From: Bryobacteraceae bacterium
Lineage (GTDB): Bacteria > Acidobacteriota > Terriglobia > Bryobacterales > Bryobacteraceae
Direction: 5' to 3'
Assembly: GCA_030038565.1 (NCBI GenBank)
Contig: JASHSS010000159.1
Location: forward strand, 1 to 58,196
DNA length: 58,196 nt
Shown here: piece after piece, positions 28,005-36,694 of the stretch
Numbering within the stretch: the stretch's first letter is position 1
Layout: each line of letters opens with the position of its first letter
Made by a program: the position numbers and the translations under genes
Notes under the pieces: generated by a model
Seen by the model: the letters and a program-made list of their open reading frames with translations, nothing else
The model's database searches: none
Told to the model about the DNA's origin: nothing

Positions 28005-29209
28005 AGCCGATCCTGGACTTCATCTACATCGATTCCGGCGGAGGCCACCGCGCCGCGGCCACGGCCCTGATGGAAGTGATTCGCCGCCAGCAGCGGCCCT
28101 GGGAACTGCGCATGCTCTCGATCCAGGACCTGCTGAATTCGATCGACGTGATCCGCAAGTCCACCGGGATCCAGTTTCAGGAAATCTACAACATCATGCT
28201 GCGCCGCGGCTGGACTCTCGGCACGGAGCAGATCATCCCCGTGATGCACGCCATGATCCGGCTGTTTCACCGCGACGAGGTCCGCGTGCTCACCAGCCAC
28301 TGGAGCGCCTCTCCGCCCGATATGGTGGTGTCGCTGATACCGCACTACAACCGAGCCATTCGCCAGGCTCTGGACCGGATCGCGATGGGCCGCGGGGGCG
28401 CGCCGCCGCTGGTGACCATCCTGACCGATATCGCCGATCATCCGCCGCACTTCTGGATCGAGCCGCAGGACCAGTACGTAGTCTGCGGATCGGCGCGCGC
28501 CGCCGGGCAGGCGCGGGACATCGGATTGCCTCCCTCGCGCATCCTGCGCGTCTCCGGAATGATCCTCAACCCGCGGTTCTACGAGCCGCTGCCGGTGGAC
28601 CGCGCCGCAGAACGCATCCGCCTGGGTCTCCGCCCCGATTTGCCCACCGGCCTGGTGCTGTTCGGCGGCCAAGGCTCCATGGAAATGGTGAAGATCGCCC
28701 GCGCGATCGATCGCTCGCCGGTCGAAACGCAGTTGATCCTGCTCTGCGGCCGTCACCCGGAAGTCGCCCGCGAATTGCGCGCCATGCCGCACCGCATTCC
28801 CCTGTTCGTCGAAGGCTTCACGCGCGAAATTCCCTACTACATGTCGTTGGCCGATTACTTCATCGGCAAACCCGGCCCCGGCTGCCTGAGCGAAGCCCTG
28901 GCCATGCACCTGCCGGCCATCGTCGAGCGCAACGCCTGGACTCTGGCGCACGAGCGCTACAACGCGGACTGGCTTCTGGAGCAGGGCGCCGGCCTGGTCA
29001 TCGGCAGCTTCTCGGGGATCGCCGGCGCGGTGCGCCAGCTCCTTTCGCCCGACGAATACCCGCGCTACCGGCAGGCCGCCGCCGCCACCCGCAATGACGC
29101 CGTTTTCGAAATCCCCGCATTGCTCGACGGCATCCTGCGCCAGCCGCCGGTTGGCGTAACCGCGGCCCAACAAAACCTGCCCAACCGCACCCGCCTGCAC
29201 TTACAATAA
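28001..29209 (+). CDS. MGDG-synthase-like / GT28-family diacylglycerol glycosyltransferase
   Basis: ILDFIYIDSGGGHRAAATAL, typical of the MGDG synthase/UgtP N-terminus, and a C-terminal ADYFIGKPGPGCLSEALAMHLPAI GT-B motif. The only in-frame start near the conserved N-terminus is TTG at 28001, which overlaps the upstream stop (TTGA) and is preceded by GGGAGA. Confidence 0.75.
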   Translation: MKPILDFIYIDSGGGHRAAATALMEVIRRQQRPWELRMLSIQDLLNSIDVIRKSTGIQFQEIYNIMLRRGWTLGTEQIIPVMHAMIRLFHRDEVRVLTSHWSASPPDMVVSLIPHYNRAIRQALDRIAMGRGGAPPLVTILTDIADHPPHFWIEPQDQYVVCGSARAAGQARDIGLPPSRILRVSGMILNPRFYEPLPVDRAAERIRLGLRPDLPTGLVLFGGQGSMEMVKIARAIDRSPVETQLILLCGRHPEVARELRAMPHRIPLFVEGFTREIPYYMSLADYFIGKPGPGCLSEALAMHLPAIVERNAWTLAHERYNADWLLEQGAGLVIGSFSGIAGAVRQLLSPDEYPRYRQAAAATRNDAVFEIPALLDGILRQPPVGVTAAQQNLPNRTRLHLQ

Positions 29210-29215
29210 GTAGCG

Positions 29216-30199
29216 GTGAACATCGCTATCATCGGCTTCGGCTTCATGGGCGCCACGCATCTGGAGGCGCTCCGCGCGGCGCCCGGCGCGCGCCTGGCGG
29301 GCGTGGTCACCCGCAATGCTGCGCGCGATGCCCCCAAACTGCCCGCGGGCGTTGGCTGCCTGACGCTCGAAGCGGCCCTGGCGGATGCCTCCATTGACGC
29401 CGTGGATATCTGCCTGCCCACGCATCTGCACGCCCGCGTGGCGATCGATGCGCTGCGCGCCGGTAAGCACGTGCTGGTGGAAAAGCCCATGGCGCTGGAT
29501 CTCGCGAGCGCCGAAGCCATGGCCGCGGAAGCCGAGCGCCAGGGCCGCATTCTCATGACCGCCCAGGTGCTGCGCTTCTGGCCGGCGTATGTGGCGCTCC
29601 GCGAGACGCTCGTGGCTAACCAGTTCGGCCCCGTGCGCCACGCCCGTTTCGAGCGTCGCGCGGCCGTGCCCGCCTGGGGGCCCTGGCTCAAAGATCCCGC
29701 GCTCAGCGGCGGAGGCGCCTTCGACCTGCTGATCCACGATGTGGATATGTGCCTGCATCTTTTCGGCCCGCCTTCGGGCGTGGCCGCTGTGGAACACGTG
29801 GATGCCATTGCCGGCTCCAGCCTGCTGGACGCGCAACTCTACTACCCCGGCATGGTGGCGCACATCTCCGGCGGCTGGCAGCATCCCGGGGCATTCCCTT
29901 TTCGCATGGAATACACCGTGACCTTCGAGCGGGCTACTGCCGAGTACAGCTCCATGGGGCGCCCCGCCACGCTTTACTGCGCCCACGAAACCCGCCCGCT
30001 CGAAACCGGTGCGGGCGACGCCGCGGCCGCCGCGTACGCCGGCGAAATCGCTTATTTCGCAGACTGCTGCCGGACGGGCCGCGCGCCCCGGCTTTGCCCC
30101 CCGCGCGAATCGGCCGCCGCGGTGGCCCTCACGCTGCTGCTCCTCGAGGCCAGCCATGAGAATGGAGAGAAAATCGATGCACCGTTTGGAACCGCTTGA
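29216..30199 (+). CDS. Gfo/Idh/MocA family NAD(P)-dependent oxidoreductase
   Basis: The GTG start gives VNIAIIGFGFMGATHLEAL, a Rossmann fold. EKPMAL motif. It begins 6 nt after the glycosyltransferase stop. Confidence 0.9.
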   Translation: MNIAIIGFGFMGATHLEALRAAPGARLAGVVTRNAARDAPKLPAGVGCLTLEAALADASIDAVDICLPTHLHARVAIDALRAGKHVLVEKPMALDLASAEAMAAEAERQGRILMTAQVLRFWPAYVALRETLVANQFGPVRHARFERRAAVPAWGPWLKDPALSGGGAFDLLIHDVDMCLHLFGPPSGVAAVEHVDAIAGSSLLDAQLYYPGMVAHISGGWQHPGAFPFRMEYTVTFERATAEYSSMGRPATLYCAHETRPLETGAGDAAAAAYAGEIAYFADCCRTGRAPRLCPPRESAAAVALTLLLLEASHENGEKIDAPFGTA

Positions 30200-31016
30200 A
30201 CCAGGAGTGATGTTCTGGGCCGAAAGAGATTCGCTTGAGGGAATTGCCGCCATGGGCGTGCGCTGCGGCCAGTTGGGCCTGCCCGGCGAGATGCCGCTGG
30301 CGCCTGCCGCGGCCGAAACCTGGCGCCAGGATCTGGATCGCGCCGGCTTCACCCTGGTGACCGTGTTCGCGGCCTACGCGGGCGAAAGCTACGCCGATAT
30401 CCCCACCGTCCAGCGCACCGTCGGTTTCATCCCGCCGGCGACCCGCGCTGAGCGCGAGCGCCGCACCCTGGAGGTGAGCGACTTCGCCGCGCGCCTGGGC
30501 GTCCCCTCGATTGCCTGCCACATCGGGTTCGTACCCGAAGACCGCGCCCACCCCGATTACGCCGCCGTGCGCGACGTGGTTCGCCGCGTGGCGGACCATG
30601 CCGCGTTCCACGGCCAGACCTTCGCCCTGGAAACCGGCCAGGAACCCGCCCGAATCCTGCTGCGCTTCATGGATGACGTGGGCCGCCCCAATCTGCGCAT
30701 CAATTTCGATCCCGCCAACATGATTCTCTACGGCACCGGCGACCCCATCGAGGCCCTGCGCACGCTCGCGCCGCGCGTGGCTTCGGTGCATTGCAAGGAT
30801 GGCGACTGGCCGCCTGCCGGCGCCGCCGGCGCGCTGGGATCCGAACGCCCACTGGGCCACGGCTCCGTAGGGATGGCGCGATTCGTCTCCACGCTCAAAG
30901 ACATCGGCTTCACCGGCCCGCTGAACGTGGAACGCGAAACCGAAGACCAGCCCGCGCGTTTGCACGATATCGCCGCCGCCATCGGGCTGCTGCGCGAACT
31001 GGTGGGGCGAAGCTGA
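30177..31016 (+). CDS. sugar phosphate isomerase/epimerase (xylose isomerase-like TIM barrel)
   Basis: The ATG at 30177 is preceded by GGAGAG and overlaps the end of the Gfo gene by 23 nt. ...ACHIGFVPED...FALETGQE...NFDPANMILYG is characteristic of AP_endonuc_2/IolE-like TIM barrels. Confidence 0.85.
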   Translation: MHRLEPLEPGVMFWAERDSLEGIAAMGVRCGQLGLPGEMPLAPAAAETWRQDLDRAGFTLVTVFAAYAGESYADIPTVQRTVGFIPPATRAERERRTLEVSDFAARLGVPSIACHIGFVPEDRAHPDYAAVRDVVRRVADHAAFHGQTFALETGQEPARILLRFMDDVGRPNLRINFDPANMILYGTGDPIEALRTLAPRVASVHCKDGDWPPAGAAGALGSERPLGHGSVGMARFVSTLKDIGFTGPLNVERETEDQPARLHDIAAAIGLLRELVGRS

Positions 31017-31145
31017 AGAAAGCCTGAGCCGAGCAGATGGCTCGCCTGCGGCGACGCTTGCCGGCCGTCCGTATTCTATCGCCCTTTTCCGGCGACCCGG
31101 CGCTTGATTCGGGCCGCTATACAATAGGCCCAGGGGAGGTTTCCT

Positions 31146-31718
31146 ATGCGATTCCCAAGAGCGTCCTGTGCGCTCGTCCTGCTTTCAACCGCGGCCCTGG
31201 TAGCCCAAACCGATCAACCGGTCTTCCATCCCGAAGTGCCCTACGTGCCCACTACCCCGGAAGGCGTGCACGCGATGTTGAAGCTTGCCGACGTGAAGAA
31301 AACCGACGTGGTTTACGACCTCGGCTGCGGCGATGGCCGGATCGTGGTCGCGGCCGCCAAAGACTTCGGCGCGCATGCCGTGGGCATCGACATCGATCCC
31401 CAGCGCATCAAGGAGGCCCGTGAGAACGCCCGCAAAGCCGGTGTGGAAAACCTGGTGCGCTTCGAGGAGAACGATCTCTTCAAAGCCGACCTTCACGACG
31501 CCACCGTGGTGACTCTCTTCCTGCTCACCAGCGTGAACTTAAAACTCCGCCCCAAGCTGCTCGCGGAATTGCGGCCCGGCGCGCGGGTGGTCTCCAATAC
31601 TTTCGAAATGGGCGATTGGAAGCCGGACAAGGAAATCACCGTGGGCAGCCAGGAGGATGGATCCTACTGGAGCCACCACCTGCTTCTGTGGGTCGTTCCC
31701 CCGCGGGATGCCAAGTGA
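31146..31718 (+). CDS. class I SAM-dependent methyltransferase with N-terminal signal/anchor sequence
   Basis: MRFPRASCALVLLSTAALVAQ, then motif I VVYDLGCGDGRIVV and post-I GIDID. Confidence 0.85.
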   Translation: MRFPRASCALVLLSTAALVAQTDQPVFHPEVPYVPTTPEGVHAMLKLADVKKTDVVYDLGCGDGRIVVAAAKDFGAHAVGIDIDPQRIKEARENARKAGVENLVRFEENDLFKADLHDATVVTLFLLTSVNLKLRPKLLAELRPGARVVSNTFEMGDWKPDKEITVGSQEDGSYWSHHLLLWVVPPRDAK

Positions 31719-31729
31719 CGGCCGGAGTA

Positions 31730-32362
31730 TTACTGCACCTTGCCGATCACGATCATCCCGAGACTGAGATCGCCGATCTTTACATACAGCACCTGGTCCG
31801 AATCTCCCTCTGCGGTCACTGAGGGAAAAGCCGCTCCCGCGGCCGGCTGCTCCAGCGAATACACCGCCGGATGCGAAGTGCCGGATGCCTTGGTGCTCAT
31901 TGTCACCAACGCCTGGTAATCCGGAAGCGCGGCCGGGTCCGGGTCCGCCGCAATTGGCGTCAGCAGGGCGAAGTCGCGCTGCGGCGCCACGCCCTGGTGC
32001 GAGCCATCCACCGGGTAGTCGCTGTAGCGCAGGGTGTACAGGCCGGCTTGGATGGTCTGCCCGCGGCGGTCGTATCCGCGGCCCGGAAAGCGCAGCACGC
32101 CGAGCAGCGTGCCTTGCGCAATCGGGAAAACAATGGCGTCGTCCGGCCTGGCGCTCTTGGGAATCGATGCGCGAAACCAGATCTCCACCCAGGCGCCTTC
32201 CGGCCCCGCCACGCGGTAGCCTTTCGGCCCCAGGACCCCTGCATAAGCCGCGGGAACTCCCGGCGGCGGACTATCGATGGTCTCGACTTTGTAGCTCCCG
32301 GCGAAGAGCCTGGCTGCCGCCAGCAAGGCGAGCGCCGGCAGGACCGGGAATGCCTTCGTCAT
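31730..32362 (-). CDS. secreted hypothetical protein
   Basis: The internal ATG gives the signal peptide MTKAFPVLPALALLAAARLFAG. The ATG overlaps the stop of the upstream small ORF (ATGA). GC-rich third positions. Confidence 0.6.
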   Translation of the reverse strand: MTKAFPVLPALALLAAARLFAGSYKVETIDSPPPGVPAAYAGVLGPKGYRVAGPEGAWVEIWFRASIPKSARPDDAIVFPIAQGTLLGVLRFPGRGYDRRGQTIQAGLYTLRYSDYPVDGSHQGVAPQRDFALLTPIAADPDPAALPDYQALVTMSTKASGTSHPAVYSLEQPAAGAAFPSVTAEGDSDQVLYVKIGDLSLGMIVIGKVQ

Positions 32363-32574
32363 AACTCCACGAAGCACTCGCGGGCCGGGCTGCACTCGAT
32401 TTCATCGACTGCCTTCCCATCCGGACCGAGGCATTGATAAGTGTGCTGGCACCAGAAGGATCGATCGTTGCTGGGCTGGACCGTAGAGTCCCAGACCGTC
32501 TCGATGTACATCCCCTTCCAGCGCAGCTTCTCGCAGCGGCTCGCGCCGGGTTCCGTCAAATCGTGCCTTTCCAT
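32359..32574 (-). CDS. small Cys-containing hypothetical protein (71 aa)
   Basis: MERHDLTEPGASRCEKLRWKGMYIETVWDSTVQPSNDRSFWCQHTYQCLGPDGKAVDEIECSPARECFVEL. It starts 2 nt after the FAD-subunit stop and ends in an ATGA overlap. Only the last 71 codons of track ORF 32359..33198 are credible. Confidence 0.5.
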   Translation of the reverse strand: MERHDLTEPGASRCEKLRWKGMYIETVWDSTVQPSNDRSFWCQHTYQCLGPDGKAVDEIECSPARECFVEL

Positions 32575-32576
32575 GG

Positions 32577-33554
32577 CTACGCCTTTCCCTTCACCGCCTC
32601 CAGCAGCGCGCGTTTCACCGCTACCGAGGCCAGTTGCACCTTGTAGGCGTTCCGGCTGAGCGGCTGCGCGTCTTCCACCGCCGCCTTGCCGGCTGCTTCC
32701 GCCGAGGCCGCAGTGATGGTCTTGCCGGCCAGGGCTTTTTCGGCGGCCGCCGCCTCCCACGGAATCGGCGCCACGTGGCCCATCACCACCTTGGCGCCGG
32801 CCACGACGCTGCCCTTCATGGTGAGCGCCACCGATGCCGCCGCCAGAGGCCAGTCCAGCGCCTCCTTCTGCCGCACTTCGTAAGTCGCGCTGTGTACCGC
32901 CGGGGCGGGCACCAGGATCTCGCTCAGGATTTCGTCCGGCCGCAACACGATCTCGCGCGTGTTCTCGTCCTTGGGCGCCACGAAGAAGCTCTTCACCGCA
33001 ACCTCGCGGCTGCCCTTGGCCGAAACCAGCTTCACCCGCGCGCCCATCGCCACCAGCGCCGGACCCAGGCTGGAGGCGCTCACGAAATATGCCGGCCCTC
33101 CGCCGAAGATGGCGTGATAATGGTTCTCGCCATCCGGCACCAGCGGCTTGCCGTTGTCCGTCGCCAGCAGGCCGAAGCCGCCGCGGAAATACCAGCACCG
33201 CGGGCGCTGGCAGAGGTCGCCGCCCACCGTTCCCATGTGCCGGATCTGGGGGCTCGGAATGCCCGCGGCCGCGTCCGCCAGGGCTTTGTACGAGGCCCGC
33301 ACCTCGGCATTCCTGGCCAGTTCGTCCATGGTCACCAGCGCGCCGATGCGCAGCCCGCCGGCGGATGCCCGGATGCCCTCCAGTTCCTGGATGTTCTTGA
33401 TGTTCACCAGGCGCTTGGGGGTGTGGATGTAGTCCTTCATCAGGCTGATCAGGTCCGTGCCGCCGGCCAGCACGTCGGTCTGGCCGCGTTGCGGCGCGAG
33501 CAGCGCGACCGCTTCCTGCAGCGTGGAAGGATTGGCATACTCGAAGGCTTGCAT
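32577..33554 (-). CDS. xanthine dehydrogenase family FAD-binding subunit (CoxM/PaoB-like)
   Basis: MQAFEYANPSTLQEAVALL...GGTDLISLMK...IRHMGTVGGDLCQRPRCWYFR. Confidence 0.9.
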   Translation of the reverse strand: MQAFEYANPSTLQEAVALLAPQRGQTDVLAGGTDLISLMKDYIHTPKRLVNIKNIQELEGIRASAGGLRIGALVTMDELARNAEVRASYKALADAAAGIPSPQIRHMGTVGGDLCQRPRCWYFRGGFGLLATDNGKPLVPDGENHYHAIFGGGPAYFVSASSLGPALVAMGARVKLVSAKGSREVAVKSFFVAPKDENTREIVLRPDEILSEILVPAPAVHSATYEVRQKEALDWPLAAASVALTMKGSVVAGAKVVMGHVAPIPWEAAAAEKALAGKTITAASAEAAGKAAVEDAQPLSRNAYKVQLASVAVKRALLEAVKGKA

Positions 33555-35719
33555 CAGACGGTCCTCCCTTCGAGCGCGGCCAGCACGTGCTCGGGCGTCA
33601 TGGGAATGTTCGGCACGCGCACGCCGATGGCGTTAGCCACGGCATTGCCGATGGCGGCGCAAATCGCCACCGCCGGCGGTTCACCCAGGCCCACCACGCC
33701 GCGCTTGTCGTTCTCCGGCCGGATATCCAGGTGCACCACAATATCCCCGATGTCCCCGATCCCGGCCAACTTGTAAAACTCCATGTTCGGGTTCAGCATT
33801 CGCCCGGTCTGGCCGTCCATGAAGCGCTGCTCGTAGAGCGCCGTGCTGATGCCCTGCGAAATGGCGCCGTAACACACGCTCTCCGCCAGGCGCGGGTTGA
33901 TGATCAGCCCGCAATCCTGCACCGCCACGTAGCGGTTGACCTTCACCACGCCGGTCTCGATGTCCACCGAAACATCCGCCATCTGCACTCCGGCCACGCC
34001 GCCCGCCATCAGCCCCATCGGATTGCGGGGATTGGTTTCGCCTATCTCGGAGATCACCCCGCTGGCGGGAATCCTGCGGCAGGCCGCCTGCCAGGTAATG
34101 CTCTTCGCGGGAGTGCCTTTCACCCGGATGCGGCCCTCGGCGGCCTCCAGTTGGTCGGCTGTCGTGCCCAGCGTCTGCGCCGCCAGTTCATACAGCTTGG
34201 CCAGCGCATTCATGGAGGCCTTGCGGGTGGAAGACGAAACGCCGCCCACCGTCGTGGAACCGCCCGAAGCGCTGTCCGGCGGCAGGTCGTTGGAACCGAT
34301 CGCCAGCTTGATGGCGCCGATCGGCAGTCCCAGCGTCTCGGCGGCCACCTGGAGAATAATGGTGCGCGTTCCGGTGCCCAGATCCTGGGTGCCGATGTCC
34401 ACGTTCACCGATCCATCGGCATGCAGCGTCACGCGGCACTGGCTCTGATGGCCCAGACCGGCCCACGCGTTGAAGCCTATGCCAAGCCCGCGTTTCATCG
34501 GTCCAGGACCGGATTCGCCGCGCGGATGCCACAGCTTCTTCCAGCCGGCCAGTTCCGCCGCCTTGTCGAAGTGGAACAGGTACGTGTCGCGCCGCGCCTC
34601 GGGGGTGTAGCGGGCGTTGATCTTGAAGACCTCCAGCGGATCCAGTCCCGCCTTAGCCGCAAAATCTTCCACCGCCCCGCAGGTCATGTAGGACGCCTGC
34701 TGGTTGTTGGGAGCCCGCCACGCCCGCGAAGGCCCGATGTTGGTGGAGACCGCCGTGTGATTCATCCGCTGGTTGGGAATGCCGGTAATGATATACGGCA
34801 GCGGTGGCGAGCCGCCGCCGGTGAAGCCGCCGGTCCCCCAGGTCCGCGACTCCCACGCCGTGATGGTGCCGTCCCTCTTGCCGCCGATCTTGATCCAGCC
34901 GTAAGCCGACGGACGGTTTCCCGCGATTTTCTGGTCTGTGGCGCGGTCGAGGAACAGCTTGACGGGCCTGCCGCCGGCCTTCTGGGAAAGCCGCGCGGCC
35001 ACCTCGCCCCAGGCATCCGGCGAGAACTTGCTGCCGAAGCCTCCGCCCACGTGATCCTGCCGCACATGAATATTGGCCGCCGGCACTTTCAGGTTGGGCG
35101 CCAGGGAGCCGGCGTAGTGCGTCACATCCTGCGTGGACACCCAGCACTGTAGCTGCGAGTCGTCGCCCTGGCCCTTCCACTGCGTGACCGAGCCGTGGGT
35201 CTCCAGGCACACGTGGTTGATCACCGGAATTCCGTAGTGCCCCTCGGAAGTCACCTCGGCTTCCTGGAAGGCCTTGTCCGGGTCGCCGGTGAGCCTTTCA
35301 CCCGCCGCCTTGGCGCGCGCTCCGGCCTTGCTCAGGTCGGTTTCGTTTACCAGGTGCGGCAGGACTTCGTATTGCACCTTGATCTTGCGCACGGCGTCCC
35401 AGGCGATCTCCGTGCTGGTGGCCGCCACTGCCGCGATCTCCGCGCCGGCCCACTGTATCTCCGTGCCGGCGGGAGCGGCCACGTGCACGGCCATCACGCC
35501 CTTGGTGCTCTCCGCCTCGCTGGTGTCCACGCTCAGCACCCGCGCGTGGGCGTGCGGGCAGGTTTGGTAGGCGCCGAACAACAGATCCCGGCTAAGGTAA
35601 TCCGAAGAGTACTTGGCGCGTCCGCTGGCCTTCGCCGGCCCATCCACGCGCTTGTAGGGCTGGCCGATCACCTTGCGCTGGTCCATCGGCGGCCAGCTAT
35701 AGTCGGGGGTATTAGCCAT
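33554..35719 (-). CDS. xanthine dehydrogenase family molybdopterin-binding subunit (PaoC/CoxL-like)
   Basis: 721 aa with aldehyde oxidase/xanthine dehydrogenase a/b-hammerhead and Moco-binding motifs (GGGFGSK, ...GQIEG-like AISQGISTAL). Confidence 0.95.
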   Translation of the reverse strand: MANTPDYSWPPMDQRKVIGQPYKRVDGPAKASGRAKYSSDYLSRDLLFGAYQTCPHAHARVLSVDTSEAESTKGVMAVHVAAPAGTEIQWAGAEIAAVAATSTEIAWDAVRKIKVQYEVLPHLVNETDLSKAGARAKAAGERLTGDPDKAFQEAEVTSEGHYGIPVINHVCLETHGSVTQWKGQGDDSQLQCWVSTQDVTHYAGSLAPNLKVPAANIHVRQDHVGGGFGSKFSPDAWGEVAARLSQKAGGRPVKLFLDRATDQKIAGNRPSAYGWIKIGGKRDGTITAWESRTWGTGGFTGGGSPPLPYIITGIPNQRMNHTAVSTNIGPSRAWRAPNNQQASYMTCGAVEDFAAKAGLDPLEVFKINARYTPEARRDTYLFHFDKAAELAGWKKLWHPRGESGPGPMKRGLGIGFNAWAGLGHQSQCRVTLHADGSVNVDIGTQDLGTGTRTIILQVAAETLGLPIGAIKLAIGSNDLPPDSASGGSTTVGGVSSSTRKASMNALAKLYELAAQTLGTTADQLEAAEGRIRVKGTPAKSITWQAACRRIPASGVISEIGETNPRNPMGLMAGGVAGVQMADVSVDIETGVVKVNRYVAVQDCGLIINPRLAESVCYGAISQGISTALYEQRFMDGQTGRMLNPNMEFYKLAGIGDIGDIVVHLDIRPENDKRGVVGLGEPPAVAICAAIGNAVANAIGVRVPNIPMTPEHVLAALEGRTV

Positions 35720-36359
35720 GTTTCCCTCCCTGCTGGATCGCCTTGGCGGCTTCCATCGCGGCCTTGCGGATGCCCATATATGCCCCGCAGCGGCACAGGT
35801 TGCCTCCCAGCCCGTGTTTGACTTCCTCCACGGTGGGGTTGGGATGCTCGTCCAGGAAGCCTTTCATGGCCATCACGAATCCGGACGTGCAATAACCGCA
35901 CTGCTGCCCGTCGTTGTTCCAAAAGGCCTGCGAAATCGGGTGCAGTTGCCCCGGAGCCGCCAGGCCCTCGATGGTTTCGATGTTCTTGCCTTGCGCGTCG
36001 ATGGCCAGCACCGAGCAACTGTAGACGGTCTTGCCGTTCATGATGACCGTGCAGCCGCCGCACGTGCCGCGGTCGCAAACCCGCTTGGATCCGGTCATGC
36101 CGAGGTGTTCCCGCAGGGCATTGCTCAGGGTCACCCGCGGTTCCACCGTGAGAGTGACCGGTTTACCGTTGATGTGGAGCGTAATGGGAACCGCGCCGGG
36201 GCCCACCACGCTCGCGGGAGTAGTTCCCGCACCGGCGTTTTTTTCCAGCAGGCCGGTCCCCAGCGCGCCGCCGCCGATGCCCACGCCGCGCATAAACCCG
36301 CGGCGTGAAAATCCGGAAGTCGGCTTCGCTGGGGGATCGGGATCTTTTTTGGAGTTCAC
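35712..36359 (-). CDS. (2Fe-2S)-binding subunit with Tat signal (PaoA-like)
   Basis: Twin-arginine motif SRRGFMRGVGIGGGAL. Cys clusters CDRGTCGGC and CGYCTSG...CRCG. Confidence 0.9.
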   Translation of the reverse strand: MNSKKDPDPPAKPTSGFSRRGFMRGVGIGGGALGTGLLEKNAGAGTTPASVVGPGAVPITLHINGKPVTLTVEPRVTLSNALREHLGMTGSKRVCDRGTCGGCTVIMNGKTVYSCSVLAIDAQGKNIETIEGLAAPGQLHPISQAFWNNDGQQCGYCTSGFVMAMKGFLDEHPNPTVEEVKHGLGGNLCRCGAYMGIRKAAMEAAKAIQQGGKHG

Positions 36360-36694
36360 CAGACACCTCTCTTTTAAATAGTTACAGTTCTTAAACTCCT
36401 AAATATGTCGATACTATAGCAAAAAAGGCGCCCGAATCACACCGAATCACACTGCCCCCCGCACCACCCGGGTACGCCCGCGGCCCGGGCGTGCGATAGT
36501 GGGATGATCGTGGCCACGGCCAAACGGCCTCGCGCGGCCGAATGCTCCGGGGAGCGGACGGTCACCGGCGCCGAAGGAGTTCCGCGCCGGGCGCACGCGA
36601 ATCCACTGTAATGCCGCCCAGGGCAGTGGAGCATCGTGTAAAATGCCGGAAGGAATCTCACGAGGTGTAAGTTGCACCTGGAAGGAGCAAACCT

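Noticed and set aside
32575-33198. The N-terminal 208 codons of track ORF 32359..33198.
   Set aside because: This part overlaps the FAD-subunit gene off-frame and has Gly/Arg-rich composition. Only the last 71 codons (from ATG 32574, after the FAD-subunit stop) look like a gene.
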